A stretch of DNA of 63,059 nt, filler included. It is 10 parts of 10 records of this genome, joined end to end, with 100 filler letters (N's around TTAATTAATTAA, not from the genome) between each part and the next. Parts side by side here need not be neighbours in the genome. Positions count along the whole stretch, not along the records: positions 29,614 to 34,821 come from SRR31156797_69461; positions 34,922 to 40,051 come from SRR31156797_69516; positions 40,152 to 45,312 come from SRR31156797_69542; 7 more parts are not named here. One strand, given 5' to 3'. The position numbers and the translations under genes were made by a program. Under the pieces are notes generated by a model that worked only from the letters and a program-made list of their open reading frames with translations, did no database searches and had not been told where the DNA came from. Positions 29,614 to 40,365 of this stretch are shown here, one piece after another (the stretch's first letter is position 1; every line of letters begins with the position of its first letter).

Positions 29614-31593
29614 TTCTTTACCACCAAGCAGATTGATCAGGTATTTTCGGTTGTAACGGGTATTGCGCCACACCTGATCCCCGCCTTTGTATTTCGAGTT
29701 AAACAACGATGCCGTAAGCAAATAGTAATAGCCCTTGTTTAAAAAGCGTTCAAAAGTAAAATCAACACCATAATTTTTACCTTCTCCCGCATTAACCAGT
29801 GTGGTGTTTACAAACCAATCGTCGTTATTGTTGATGGTTGCAAAGTAACTGTCAGGTTCTACCGGAACATTGGTTAGAAGTTGGTAATAGGGTTCAATTT
29901 TCAGACGCGTATTAGCTGTGATGTTAATGTCGTAATTCAAAACAAAGTGATGTGCCTGCATAAAGTCCAGATCCTTATTGACCTTGATGCCATCGTTGTC
30001 CATTGCGAAATAGGTGTTCAGCCGTTCGAGTCTGCTATGTAAGCCATAAGCAGCACCTAGTGACAGGTATTCTGATGCCTGGTATTTTATTCCAATTCGA
30101 GGCTCGAGGGAGTAATTGTTGTTTAAGGTAAACAGCTGTGTATGAAAACCAAAAGTGCCAGATAGTTTTTGAGAAATACGAACTATTGAGCTACTAAAAG
30201 CCGAAAGCAAATAACTGTTGCCTTTATCATCAACAATTGTTTCCAGTGGATTTCCCGGATAACCTGCGTCTTTGATTAACATATCGTAGTTAAGGTTGGT
30301 AATGGTAAAACCGGTTCGATTGGTATGTCGTTTTCCAAATTTGTGGTTGATATAACTTGACAGGATTACATTCCAATCAAAAAACTCAATGGTTTCGCGG
30401 TTTTGTAGTTTTTCGTTTTCATCCATTTCATCTACAAAATAATCCAGTCCCCTACCGGTTATTGCAAGTGACGATCGTATGTAAGTTGAGTTCCCAAAAC
30501 GTAACCTATGTGTTAACCCGGTGGTTCCCATATATTGGTTGGCATCACTTTTCTCTCGATCCTGACGGTATTCCCAACTATTGGGATCAGCTTTAACTTC
30601 CGATCCCGAACCATCGATAAGACCAAGCCCCCATAACGAGAATACACCGGCTTTTTTTGTTGGGAAGTTTAGTTTAAATGCCAGATCCTGGTAGGTTGTA
30701 CCATCTGCATCATCAGGTAAAAGAGGTTTTAATAACGACAAGGTTGAGTACCGGTAGTTAAACAGATACGAAGACTTGCCTTCTTTTTTGAATGGCCCTT
30801 CAGAACTAAGGTCTATACCAATACCCCCGATTTGAAAAGTATGCTCATGTTGGCTGTTATTACCGGATCGCATAAAAACATCAAAAACACCCGAGGTTGC
30901 ATTGCCATATTCAGCCGGAAATGCTCCGGTATAAAAGTCGGAGTTAGCCAGCATCTGACTACTTAATGCCGTTAATCCACCCGCTCCAAATGCCGACATG
31001 TCGGCAAAGTGATTTGGATTCGGAATTTCTATTCCTTCCATTCGCCACGATAACATCTGAGGAGCATTTCCCCGAATAACAATGCCGTTATTTCCCAGGT
31101 TGCTTGCAACACCGGCAAACGAAGAGGCCAGTCTTGCCGGATCGTCAAAACCCCCTGCGTAGCGCTGGGCTTCTTCAACACTTAACATACGGGCACTAAC
31201 GGTTGCCATGCTGTTTAATGGGGCTTCTTTATTGGTTTTGGGTTTTACCTTAATTTCCTCCAGTTTAACTAACGATTCGCGCATGGTGATATTTACATTC
31301 ACCTGTTTTCCCGATCCAACAACAATTTCTTTGATTAGTACAGGTTCGTATCCCAGAAAAGTAACTTGAAGATCGTAACGGCCAACCGGAACTTTTAACT
31401 CAAAATCACCTTCAGTATTTGTGATAGTACCTAAAGTCGGGCTAATGTTTTTCACAACAACCGTAGCAAATGGAATTGGAGATCCGGTTGCTTCATCACT
31501 GATTTTTCCTGTAATGGTTCGCGAAATATTCTGAGAAAAAGCGCCAAAAACAAACGCAAAATAAAATGGAAAGAATAGTTTAATTGTTTTCAT
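29614..31593 (-). CDS. TonB-dependent receptor with N-terminal carboxypeptidase-like domain (3' truncated)
   Basis: ITGKISDEATG.PIPFATV, plug IVIRGN...IPNPNHF, GAFPAEYGNATSGV and beta-barrel strands. Confidence 0.9.
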
Positions 31594-31645
31594 TGCTTTA
31601 TTCATTGTCCACCACAAAGATTCAGTATCTTTAAATCAGTTACAA

Positions 31646-31661
31646 TACTGATTAATCAGTA
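31646..31661. promoter_or_regulatory. Perfect 16-bp palindrome in the divergent promoter
   Basis: TACTGATT-AATCAGTA between the receptor and luxR-type genes. Confidence 0.55.
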
Positions 31662-31670
31662 ATTCAAAAA

Positions 31671-32438
31671 ATGAAAGAGTTAGAAAAACTATACCACGAG
31701 TATTTTGAACTGTTAAGTACACAGAAATTTGATGTAGAGAGTCTGGATTATTGCTTGCTTGATGAACACATTACCTTTTTGAAACAGATGGATGCAATTG
31801 ATAATAGTTCTATCTCGGTTTTCGATTTACATAAAAAACAACACATTTTTGTGTCTGATAATTATTCTAAAATGTTGGGGTACGATTTATCGGAAGCAGA
31901 AGAACAAGGTAATGTTTTTTTCGACTCGAAAGTCCATCCTGATGATTTGATGCTTAACCTGCGGAGAGGTATTGAATTATTGCGGTTTTCGTTTAGAATT
32001 CCAGTTTCGGAACGAAAGGATTTTAAACTGGTAACCGAATATCGGGTGAAAAATGGAAAAGGAAATTACATACGGATAATAGAACAGCAACAAACGCTTG
32101 AACTGGATTATAAAGGAAATATTTGGGTGGCGCTCAGTACTGTTGATATTTCTCCGAATCAGGACCTGACACAAGGAGCAAAAGCTCAGATATTTAATTT
32201 TCGTACCGGAGATTTAGTCCCGTTTCCGGATGTTAAAAGTGAAATTGTACTAAGTAAGCGTGAGTATGAGGTATTGGAGTTGATAAAAGATGGAATGCCC
32301 AGTAAAGAAATAGCTGAAAAACTGTACATTAGCGTGCATACTGTAAATACACACCGCCAGCGCATACTCGAAAAATTAAATGTTTCCAATTCGTTTGAGG
32401 CGATCAGGTACTTATCCTCCCTGGGAATTACCGGGTAG
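31671..32438 (+). CDS. PAS plus LuxR-type HTH regulator
   Basis: VHPDD PAS motif; LSKREYEVL...SKEIAEKLYISVHTVNTHR. Confidence 0.92.
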   Translation: MKELEKLYHEYFELLSTQKFDVESLDYCLLDEHITFLKQMDAIDNSSISVFDLHKKQHIFVSDNYSKMLGYDLSEAEEQGNVFFDSKVHPDDLMLNLRRGIELLRFSFRIPVSERKDFKLVTEYRVKNGKGNYIRIIEQQQTLELDYKGNIWVALSTVDISPNQDLTQGAKAQIFNFRTGDLVPFPDVKSEIVLSKREYEVLELIKDGMPSKEIAEKLYISVHTVNTHRQRILEKLNVSNSFEAIRYLSSLGITG

Positions 32439-32548
32439 TTAAAGGCATCTGCTTTATGCAGGAATTTTTGTGAGTATCAGTCTATTTTAAAAATACAGGA
32501 TAAGAACTGAGAGGTAATTTCGAAACGGGGGAAAGGAACGAATAGAAA

Positions 32549-33325
32549 ATGACAAGCAACAAAGAACCGTGGTTTACGATTGAGACGGTTGATAAAAATA
32601 CTTTTGTAATTAGCGAATACAAACATTGGGAAGAAACACACTGTTACTTGCTCAATGGGACGGAGATAAGCTTGCTAATTGATACAGGACTGGGGGTGGC
32701 GAACATAAACAATGAGGTGCTGATGTTAGCCGAAAAACCGGTTGTTGTAGTTTCAACCCATGTGCATTACGACCATATTGGCGGACATAAGTATTTCAAC
32801 GAATTTTATGTGCACGAAGCAGAATATGAATGGATTACCGGTAGTTTCCCTTTGCCAATTGAACTGGTTCGGAAATTTTTAACGGAGCAACCATGTGATT
32901 TCCCGAATGGTTTTGATGTTAATGATTATATCATTTTTAAAGGGATTCCTTCGCGATTACTAAAGGACAACGATACGATTGAATTGGGTGATCGGTCAAT
33001 CCAAATTATCCATACCCCAGGGCACTCACCCGGTCATATCTGCCTTTACGAAAAGGAAAAAGGCTATTTATTCTCGGGAGATTTAATCTATAAAGGAACA
33101 TTGTTTGCCTGTTATCCGTCTACCGATCCGGTGGCTTATATGAATTCGGTAAAAAAACTATTGTCCCTATCGGTGAATAAAGTTCTGCCGGCACACCACG
33201 ATTTAAATGTTCTTCCATTAATAATTGAAGACATTCATAACGCTTTTTCTGATTTGTACAATACAGGTAAGTTAAAACATGGTAGCGGAACTTTTTCTTA
33301 TTCAGAATTTGGTATAAAACTCTAA
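32549..33325 (+). CDS. MBL-fold metallo-hydrolase
   Basis: LIDTG, THVHYDHIGG, TPGHSPG, FSGD and PAH motifs. Confidence 0.92.
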   Translation: MTSNKEPWFTIETVDKNTFVISEYKHWEETHCYLLNGTEISLLIDTGLGVANINNEVLMLAEKPVVVVSTHVHYDHIGGHKYFNEFYVHEAEYEWITGSFPLPIELVRKFLTEQPCDFPNGFDVNDYIIFKGIPSRLLKDNDTIELGDRSIQIIHTPGHSPGHICLYEKEKGYLFSGDLIYKGTLFACYPSTDPVAYMNSVKKLLSLSVNKVLPAHHDLNVLPLIIEDIHNAFSDLYNTGKLKHGSGTFSYSEFGIKL

Positions 33326-33536
33326 TGTCAAAATAAGAGAAAGCTTTCATTATCAATCGCTTTCATATTAAGGGCACGATTTAACCAAAGGATTAAATCA
33401 TCTTGTTCTTGTGTAATTGCAATTCAAAGTGGTAAAATTACAATTTAAAAGCTCTTTCTACACTTCACCGTTTTTCTGATTTCCAGGCTCGTTTTTGAAG
33501 ATATTTTTGAACCCGAAAACAGTTAAAACAATTAAA

Positions 33537-34178
33537 ATGAGTTTGCAACATTATTTAAGATCAGGCATGTCGCTTTTGATTGTAGTCGGGGTAATTAATG
33601 CAACTTCAGCCGGAAGCAAAAGTACAAAAGATGCCAGTTGGTATTTGGCACGCGAAAAGAACGATGTCGCTTTGTTTTATCGTTGGATTGAGCTGGAAGA
33701 TGGCGAAAGTACACGCGAAATGAAAGCTGAGTTTACCATTAACGCCGGACACAATGAGATATTAGAGCAGTTCTTATCTGCAGACAACTATTCGCAATGG
33801 GCTGCAGGGATTAAAAAATGCGAAATTAACCAGAAAGATGATTCGGTTTGGTATGTGCATACACTAATGAATTATCCATGGCCTTTAAAAAAGAAAGATT
33901 TAATTACCCGGCATTTTGTTGAACAAAAGGGAGATCGGGTTATTATTGAAATTGAAGCAGCCCCCGAATTTAAACCGAAAGCAGAAGGTATTGAGCGAAT
34001 GAAAAACTACCATGGAACCTGGCAGTTTATTTCAAACCCTGACGGGACAACAAAGGTAGAGTACCGGGTAATTTCTTATGAGAAACCTGTTTTTCCCCGT
34101 GTAGTGCAAGACCCCGTTATTCAACGGATATCGATTCAGTCATTCAGAGATTTAAAACAATTAGCCGAAGCACAATGA
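33537..34178 (+). CDS. START/SRPBCC lipid-binding domain protein, probably exported
   Basis: N-terminal hydrophobic segment, YPWPLKKKD, and a GTWQF...TKVEY START-like pattern. Confidence 0.7.
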   Translation: MSLQHYLRSGMSLLIVVGVINATSAGSKSTKDASWYLAREKNDVALFYRWIELEDGESTREMKAEFTINAGHNEILEQFLSADNYSQWAAGIKKCEINQKDDSVWYVHTLMNYPWPLKKKDLITRHFVEQKGDRVIIEIEAAPEFKPKAEGIERMKNYHGTWQFISNPDGTTKVEYRVISYEKPVFPRVVQDPVIQRISIQSFRDLKQLAEAQ

Positions 34179-34633
34179 ATATAGCCGTTTTAAAAGAAAA
34201 GAAGGGATGGCGTTCGCTTTTTAAACTGAAAGGAGAACCAAGGATTGTAGCCAAAGGCTTTGCACTGGGATCGTTTATCGGAATGTTGCCGTTTCCGGGC
34301 TTTCAGATGCTGATATCGGCAACGTTGGCAACGGTGTTAAAGTTCAACAGAACAGCTGCCATTGCAGGTGTGTTTAATACCAATCTGGCAACAGGTGCTT
34401 TTGTTTTTGCTTTTAATTATTGGCTGGGAAGAAATATCCTGGGTTTTGAACGGTCATTTGTAATGCCGGATAAAATAGATCTGGGATTTGCCCGAACCGT
34501 GTTTGAAGCAGGAGCAGATGTATTTTTTTCTTTATTACTTGGTGGATTAATTACCGGGATCTTTGCCATGGTTCTCGGATATTATATCTCTCTTTCAATT
34601 TTAACCAGAAAACAGAAAAACAATGAGAAATAA
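34175..34633 (+). CDS. DUF2062 membrane protein
   Basis: P.IVAKGFALGSFIGMLP..G.Q, FNTN and YWLG pattern. Confidence 0.8.
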   Translation: MNIAVLKEKKGWRSLFKLKGEPRIVAKGFALGSFIGMLPFPGFQMLISATLATVLKFNRTAAIAGVFNTNLATGAFVFAFNYWLGRNILGFERSFVMPDKIDLGFARTVFEAGADVFFSLLLGGLITGIFAMVLGYYISLSILTRKQKNNEK

Positions 34634-34821
34634 TAATTTCACAATTATAACCGGTGCCAGTACCGGACTTGGTAAAGAAATGGCATCGGAGTGTGCTCGT
34701 TTAGGACGAAACCTTATTTTGACATCATTGCCTGGTGAAAAAATAGAAGACGTTTGTGGTTTTTTAAAGGAAAAGTTCAGAGTAGAAATTGTTTGTTATG
34801 AAACAGATTTCACCAAAGAAA
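34623..34821 (+). CDS. SDR family oxidoreductase, N-terminal fragment
   Basis: IITGASTGLG Rossmann motif. Confidence 0.85.
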
Positions 34822-34921
34822 NNNNNNNNNNNNNNNNNNNNNNNNNNNNNNNNNNNNNNNNNNNNTTAATTAATTAANNNNNNNNNNNNNNNNNNNNNNN
34901 NNNNNNNNNNNNNNNNNNNNN
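34822..34921. other. Artificial contig linker 5
   Basis: Same 100-bp linker. Confidence 0.98.
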
Positions 34922-34984
34922 GATTCAGATAATCATGACGAAGATTCAGATGATCACGACGAAGATTCAGATGATCACGACGAA
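34922..34984 (+). repeat. 21-bp tandem repeat x3 encoding DSD(N/D)HDE
   Basis: GATTCAGAT(A/G)ATCA(T/C)GACGAA three times, in frame with czcB, cut by the contig start. Confidence 0.9.
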
Positions 34985-36049
34985 AATCCGGACATTATTG
35001 AGATGACCCCTGCCCAGCAGAAAGAAGCCGGACTGATGGTTGATACGGCTCGTTCCGGGGATATAGAAAAGATTCTCACATTTACCGGGGAAGTCAGGCT
35101 TAATCAGGACCGGATAGCCCATATTGTTCCTCTGGTCTCCGGCATCGCCCGGGAGGTGTACGTATCCATCGGCGAGACTGTAGAAGACGGCCAGGTACTT
35201 GCCAGGATAGACAGCTCTGAACTGGCTGAACTGAAGGCAGACTACCTGACAAAACAGCGGCAGCTTGAGGTGAGTCAACAAGGATTTAAAAGGAAAGATT
35301 ATCTGAAAAAAGAAAACATCGCCAGTGAAGCGGACTGGCTTGAAGCAAAGGCAGCTTTTCAGATGGCTGAAACAGCCCTTTTTGAATCTGAACGACGGCT
35401 GAAGGTTCTGGGGTTTAGCCCTAAAAAACTTCTTACCGCCACAAGAGCCAGCTCCGAATCTTTCGGCCGCTTTGACGTCACAGCACCCATTTCGGGCACC
35501 ATCATAGCCAGGCACATCACCCGGGGGGAGAAAGTCGATGGCCAGGAACTATTTATTGTTGCAGATCTTTCAATGGTCTGGGTTGATCTCCAAATACCGG
35601 CCAAAGAGATTCGCAGCATCAAAACAGGCGACAGGGTGGAGATTGTCTCAACAGAAGGCAGAACTGCCCTTGGAGCCCTGAGTCTTATAGGACCGGTAGT
35701 TAATAAAGAGACCAGAACCGCTTTGGGCCGCATTCTACTTGATAATGCCAACGGATATTGGATTCCGGGATTATTCGTTAAAGGACAGATCATAAGTGAC
35801 ACCCCATCTTCGTATGTTGTTGTCCCCTCAGAGGCCGTTCAAAACATCGAAGGTCAGGATGTGGTGTTCGTGCCGGAAAAGGACGGTTTCAGGCCGGTTG
35901 AAATCACGCCTGGTAAAAGCAATACACAAAAGATCCAGATTCTGGCAGGGCTCAGCCATGGTGATACCTATGTGTCAAAAGGAGCTTTTGCTCTGAAAGC
36001 ATTGAAGGTGACCAGTGGGGTCGGCGGTCATGCCGGCCATGGACATTAA
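34922..36049 (+). CDS. czcB: Heavy-metal RND efflux membrane fusion protein (5' truncated)
   Basis: Frame is open from the contig start; APISGTI, ADLSMVWV, C-terminal GHAGHGH; directly upstream of a CzcA-type gene. Confidence 0.85.
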   Translation, partial: DSDNHDEDSDDHDEDSDDHDENPDIIEMTPAQQKEAGLMVDTARSGDIEKILTFTGEVRLNQDRIAHIVPLVSGIAREVYVSIGETVEDGQVLARIDSSELAELKADYLTKQRQLEVSQQGFKRKDYLKKENIASEADWLEAKAAFQMAETALFESERRLKVLGFSPKKLLTATRASSESFGRFDVTAPISGTIIARHITRGEKVDGQELFIVADLSMVWVDLQIPAKEIRSIKTGDRVEIVSTEGRTALGALSLIGPVVNKETRTALGRILLDNANGYWIPGLFVKGQIISDTPSSYVVVPSEAVQNIEGQDVVFVPEKDGFRPVEITPGKSNTQKIQILAGLSHGDTYVSKGAFALKALKVTSGVGGHAGHGH

Positions 36050-36063
36050 ACAGGAGGTGGACT

Positions 36064-39000
36064 ATGCTGAATAAATTAATTGAATCCGCCCTGAAAACAC
36101 CGGGTTTGGTGATCATCGCCCTTGTTGCCATCATTGCTGCCGGGCTATTTAAATATCAAACCATGCCTGTGGATGCCTTCCCGGATATTTCGCCGGTGAT
36201 GGTGCCTGTGTTTGCCGAAGGCCACGGCATGGCCCCTGAAGAGATGGAGCGGCTTATCACCTATCCCATTGAATCGGCTATGAACGGGCTTCCCAAGGTG
36301 ACCCAGATAAAATCCACATCGGCTTTTGGCATGGCTGTTGTGTATGTCTATTTCGAGGATGATGTGGATATCTATTTCGCACGCCAGCTTGTAGCTGAAA
36401 GGCTGGCAGCAGCCTCTTCCGAACTTCCGGAAATGGATCTGCCGCCGAGCCTGGGACCCATTTCCACCGGTCTGGGCCAGATCTTTATCTATTATCTGAC
36501 CGCAGATCCTGACAAAGTTGATACCGACGGAAAAGCGGTGTCCACCTGGCTGAGGGAACTCAATGACTGGGTGGTTAAGTTCAAACTCCAGACGGTTCCC
36601 GGGGTCACAGATGTCCTTTCCATGGGGGGGCATGTCCTGCAATACCAGATACAGGTGGATCCTGACCGTCTGCGGCAGTATGGCATCCCCCTGGAAGATG
36701 TTGTGGAGACCGTTAACCAAAATAACAGAAATGTCGGCGGTCAGTTTCTTGTCCTGAACTCTGAAGAGCACCTGGTCAGGGGGGTGGGGTTGGTTGAAGA
36801 ACTGGAGGATATCCGAAGGATCCCTGTAAAAAATGTGGACGGGATTCCTGTATTTTTAGAAGATATTGCAACCGTCAACTACGGCAATGAGATTCGGCGG
36901 GGCGTTGTGACAAGAAACGGTTCCCAGGAAGTGGTATCCGGCATTGTCATGAAGCTCTACGGGGAGAACACCTCTGAAGTCATCAATCGCCTCTATGCCA
37001 AGGTGAAGGATGTAAAAAAGACACTGCCTGAAGGCGTTTCCTTGGTGACCTATTACGATCAGGCCGAACTGGTTGAGAATGCCACCAGAACCGTAAAATC
37101 CGCCCTATGGCAGGGAGGTCTTCTGGTGATCTTGGTGCTGGCGCTCTTTCTGGGAAATTGGCGGACCGCCTTTATCGTGGCCCTTTCTCTGCCAATCTGT
37201 GCTCTAACCGCCGTTATTTTCATGGGCATCAAAGGCATTTCAGCCAACCTGATGTCCCTTGGCGGTATTGCCATCGCAATCGGTATGCTGGGTGACGGTG
37301 CCATTGTCATGGTGGAGAATATTTACCGCCACCTTGGGCGCAGTCAGACCCAGGGGGAAAACCGGGGTCGGGTGATTCTCGGAGCTGCCAGAGAAGTGGC
37401 CAGGCCCATTCTTTTTTCAATCATCATCATTGTGCTGGTTTTCCTCCCGCTGTTCACCCTTGAGGGGGTTGAGGGTAAGATGTTTGCACCCATGGCATTC
37501 ACCATCTCTTTTGCCCTGATGGGATCGCTTCTGATGGCCCTGTTCGCAGCTCCGGTACTCTCGTTTTATCTGATTCGACAGGCACCCAGGAAGGATAATC
37601 TTCTGGTAAAGCTGTCCACAGCAGTTTACCGGCCCCTTCTGGAAGGTACCTACAGGTTCAAGAAAACCGTCATTCTGCTGTCCCTGATTGCCCTGGCTGC
37701 AAGCCTGGTGGGGTTTAAGTCTATTGGTACGGAGTTCATTCCCACCCTGGAAGAGGGCTCGATCCTGATCGGCGTTAGCCTGGCACCCTCCATCTCCCTT
37801 GAGGAGGCAACCCGGACGGTCATGACTTTAGAGAAGAAAATCATGACCTTTGAGGAAGTAGAAGAGACCGTCTCCCGCATCGGCCGTCCTGAAGCAGGCA
37901 GTCATCCCCATCCGGTTAATACAGCCGAAATCCAACTGGTACTCAAACCTATAAATGAATGGAAGCGGTTTTCCGACAAATCGGAACTCGTAGAGGCCAT
38001 ACTGAATAAAATAAAGGTTGTGCCGGGTGTCCAGTATAATTTTACCCAGCCAATTCAAAATGCATTTGATGAACTGTTGTCAGGGGTTAAAACCCAGCTT
38101 GCCATTAAGCTTTTTGGAGAGGATCTAACTATTTTACGCCAGAAAGCAGGCGAGATCAAAGAAGCCATAGCATCGGTTCAGGGCCTGGTGGACCTGAGTT
38201 CCGAACAAAGTTTTGGCCAGCCTCAAATTCAGGTCTCAGCCGACAGGGATGCCTGTTCAAGATACGGGATCAGTGTCAGCCAAATCCTTGAAATGGTGGA
38301 GCTAGCTGTGGGTGGAGAGGTTATTGATCATATTTATCTTAACACCCGGCGGTTTGGTATTCATCTTAGATACCAGGAGAGTTTCCGTTCCACTCCGGAT
38401 AATATAAGGAACATGGTCCTGGCGACGTCCGAAAACGGTCTGATTCCCCTCGGGCAGGTGGCCAGTGTTAAACAGGTCGTAGGGCCGATTCAGATTAACA
38501 GAGAAAAGAACCAGCGTCGCTGGGTTGTCCAGGGAAATGTAAGAAACCGTGATATCGGGAGTGTGGTAGCCGATATTCAGAACCGGATAGAAACCAGCGT
38601 GGAAATTCCGGAAGGCTACACAATCGAATACGGGGGCCAGTTTGAAAACCAGCAGCGTGCTATGGCACGTCTCTCCATCATCGTGCCTCTGGTCATCCTG
38701 GGGGTTTTTCTGATGCTATGGATCAGTTTTAAGTCTTCGAGACAGGCAGGTATCATAATGGTGAATGTTCCTCTGGCTTTAGTGGGCGGTATTATAGGCC
38801 TCATGGTCATGGGTGAATACCTGTCTGTTCCGGCCTCTGTGGGATTTATCGCCCTGTTCGGCATTGCCGTTCAGAACGGCATGGTACTTGTCACCTATTT
38901 CAATGATCTACGCAAACGGGGACAAAATGTTGATGAGGCTGTGAAAGAGGGGGCCATGCTGAGGCTCAGGCCTGTACTCATGACGGCCCTGACCACCATT

Positions 39001-39168
39001 TTGGGTCTTCTTCCACTTCTTCTCTCTACGGGTGCGGGTTCAGAAGTTCAAAGACCGTTGGCCTCAGTGGTAGTGTTCGGGCTGGCAACTTCAACCCTGT
39101 TGACACTGTTTGTAATTCCGGCTGTCTACGGCTGGATTGAAAATAAATTCGAGCAAAGGAACATTTAA
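36064..39168 (+). CDS. czcA: CzcA/CusA family heavy-metal RND transporter
   Basis: DAFPDIS, GPISTGLG, DGAIVMVEN, EGVEGKMFAPMA, RLRPVLMTA and GSEVQRPLA. Confidence 0.92.
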   Translation: MLNKLIESALKTPGLVIIALVAIIAAGLFKYQTMPVDAFPDISPVMVPVFAEGHGMAPEEMERLITYPIESAMNGLPKVTQIKSTSAFGMAVVYVYFEDDVDIYFARQLVAERLAAASSELPEMDLPPSLGPISTGLGQIFIYYLTADPDKVDTDGKAVSTWLRELNDWVVKFKLQTVPGVTDVLSMGGHVLQYQIQVDPDRLRQYGIPLEDVVETVNQNNRNVGGQFLVLNSEEHLVRGVGLVEELEDIRRIPVKNVDGIPVFLEDIATVNYGNEIRRGVVTRNGSQEVVSGIVMKLYGENTSEVINRLYAKVKDVKKTLPEGVSLVTYYDQAELVENATRTVKSALWQGGLLVILVLALFLGNWRTAFIVALSLPICALTAVIFMGIKGISANLMSLGGIAIAIGMLGDGAIVMVENIYRHLGRSQTQGENRGRVILGAAREVARPILFSIIIIVLVFLPLFTLEGVEGKMFAPMAFTISFALMGSLLMALFAAPVLSFYLIRQAPRKDNLLVKLSTAVYRPLLEGTYRFKKTVILLSLIALAASLVGFKSIGTEFIPTLEEGSILIGVSLAPSISLEEATRTVMTLEKKIMTFEEVEETVSRIGRPEAGSHPHPVNTAEIQLVLKPINEWKRFSDKSELVEAILNKIKVVPGVQYNFTQPIQNAFDELLSGVKTQLAIKLFGEDLTILRQKAGEIKEAIASVQGLVDLSSEQSFGQPQIQVSADRDACSRYGISVSQILEMVELAVGGEVIDHIYLNTRRFGIHLRYQESFRSTPDNIRNMVLATSENGLIPLGQVASVKQVVGPIQINREKNQRRWVVQGNVRNRDIGSVVADIQNRIETSVEIPEGYTIEYGGQFENQQRAMARLSIIVPLVILGVFLMLWISFKSSRQAGIIMVNVPLALVGGIIGLMVMGEYLSVPASVGFIALFGIAVQNGMVLVTYFNDLRKRGQNVDEAVKEGAMLRLRPVLMTALTTILGLLPLLLSTGAGSEVQRPLASVVVFGLATSTLLTLFVIPAVYGWIENKFEQRNI

Positions 39169-39170
39169 AT

Positions 39171-39512
39171 ATGAAAAGAATCATTGCTATCATCAACCCT
39201 GTGATGCGGGATGAAGTGGTCGCAGCCCTTCACACTGTGAAGGATTTTCCAGGTGCCAGTATGACCGAAGCAAAGGGAATCCGAAGAGGTGTCCACCAAA
39301 AAAGAGAGGAGCGGATAGAACCCCTGACCCTCTCTTTTCCTGATTACATCAGGCTGGAGATTCTCTGCCGGGATACATTAGTAGAGACCTTGGTGGACGT
39401 CATACGCTCCAATGCATGCAGAGGAAAGCAAGGTGACGGCATTATAGCCGTTTCTCCCGTGGAAACCGTTTTGAAAATTTCCGACGGCAAAACAAACGAG
39501 GCTGCGCTATAA
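39171..39512 (+). CDS. P-II family protein
   Basis: MKRIIAIINP...V..AL, G..GDGII.VSPVE; 113 aa. Confidence 0.85.
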   Translation: MKRIIAIINPVMRDEVVAALHTVKDFPGASMTEAKGIRRGVHQKREERIEPLTLSFPDYIRLEILCRDTLVETLVDVIRSNACRGKQGDGIIAVSPVETVLKISDGKTNEAAL

Positions 39513-40051
39513 TATAAAATGGATGCGGGGATATTCAGAGCTTTTTCTTGAATATTCCTGCATTAACAAAAAAAGATGGCTCATGTCGCGTTTTGGGGTC
39601 TTAGGGGTGTGGAAAAAATAAACTTTACCAAAACATCTATTAGGGGTTTGAAGTCCAACGGTACGGAACCGTAAGCTAAGGACAAGAAGACTCGTTCGAA
39701 TGTCTAAAAAATCGATTAATAGACACTGGCTGTGTTGAAATAGTGCAAAAGTTCGGTTTTGGACAAAAACCACAATTTGATGCAATTTCAATTAGTTGCG
39801 ATTTTTAAATACTGCGTTATGGCACTACGTTTGTTCATTTTTCCTCGCAACCTATTGAAAATAAGTGATCTTTTTTACACCTAAATAACGAAAAAATCCA
39901 TTTATTTTTAAAATCTGAAATTTCATTACGAAATGCTGTAGTGTCAAATGTAGTTTCATAAAAAACTTAACCACCTGATATTATTCAATTGTTTATTTTG
40001 TTTCGAAAAGATGGGTTAACGTTGCCTTATCACTTGTCCTTAGATTTTTCA

Positions 40052-40151
40052 NNNNNNNNNNNNNNNNNNNNNNNNNNNNNNNNNNNNNNNNNNNNTTAAT
40101 TAATTAANNNNNNNNNNNNNNNNNNNNNNNNNNNNNNNNNNNNNNNNNNNN
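40052..40151. other. Artificial contig linker 6
   Basis: Same 100-bp linker. Confidence 0.98.
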
Positions 40152-40365
40152 TATAAGAAACTAATTAAAATTTATATACATCTAACTCTCTGTATTTCAA
40201 TTTGAACTTCTCTAGCACTTCTTGATCATCAATCGCTTTACAGCTAATTGAATACATAAGCCCGATCCAATAAGTTTACTGCAATAAACAAAGGAATTAC
40301 TATAATTTTTTCGAATAAAATATTAGGATCTTTTGTACAAAAATAAAAATTAAGAGGTGAGTTTT

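Noticed and set aside
32549..33325. MBL-fold gene as a metallo-beta-lactamase resistance gene
   Set aside because: HxHxDH is shared by the whole superfamily and there is no signal peptide; a cytoplasmic hydrolase is more likely.
34922..34984. 21-bp repeats as a CRISPR array
   Set aside because: No spacers, and the repeats are in frame within czcB.
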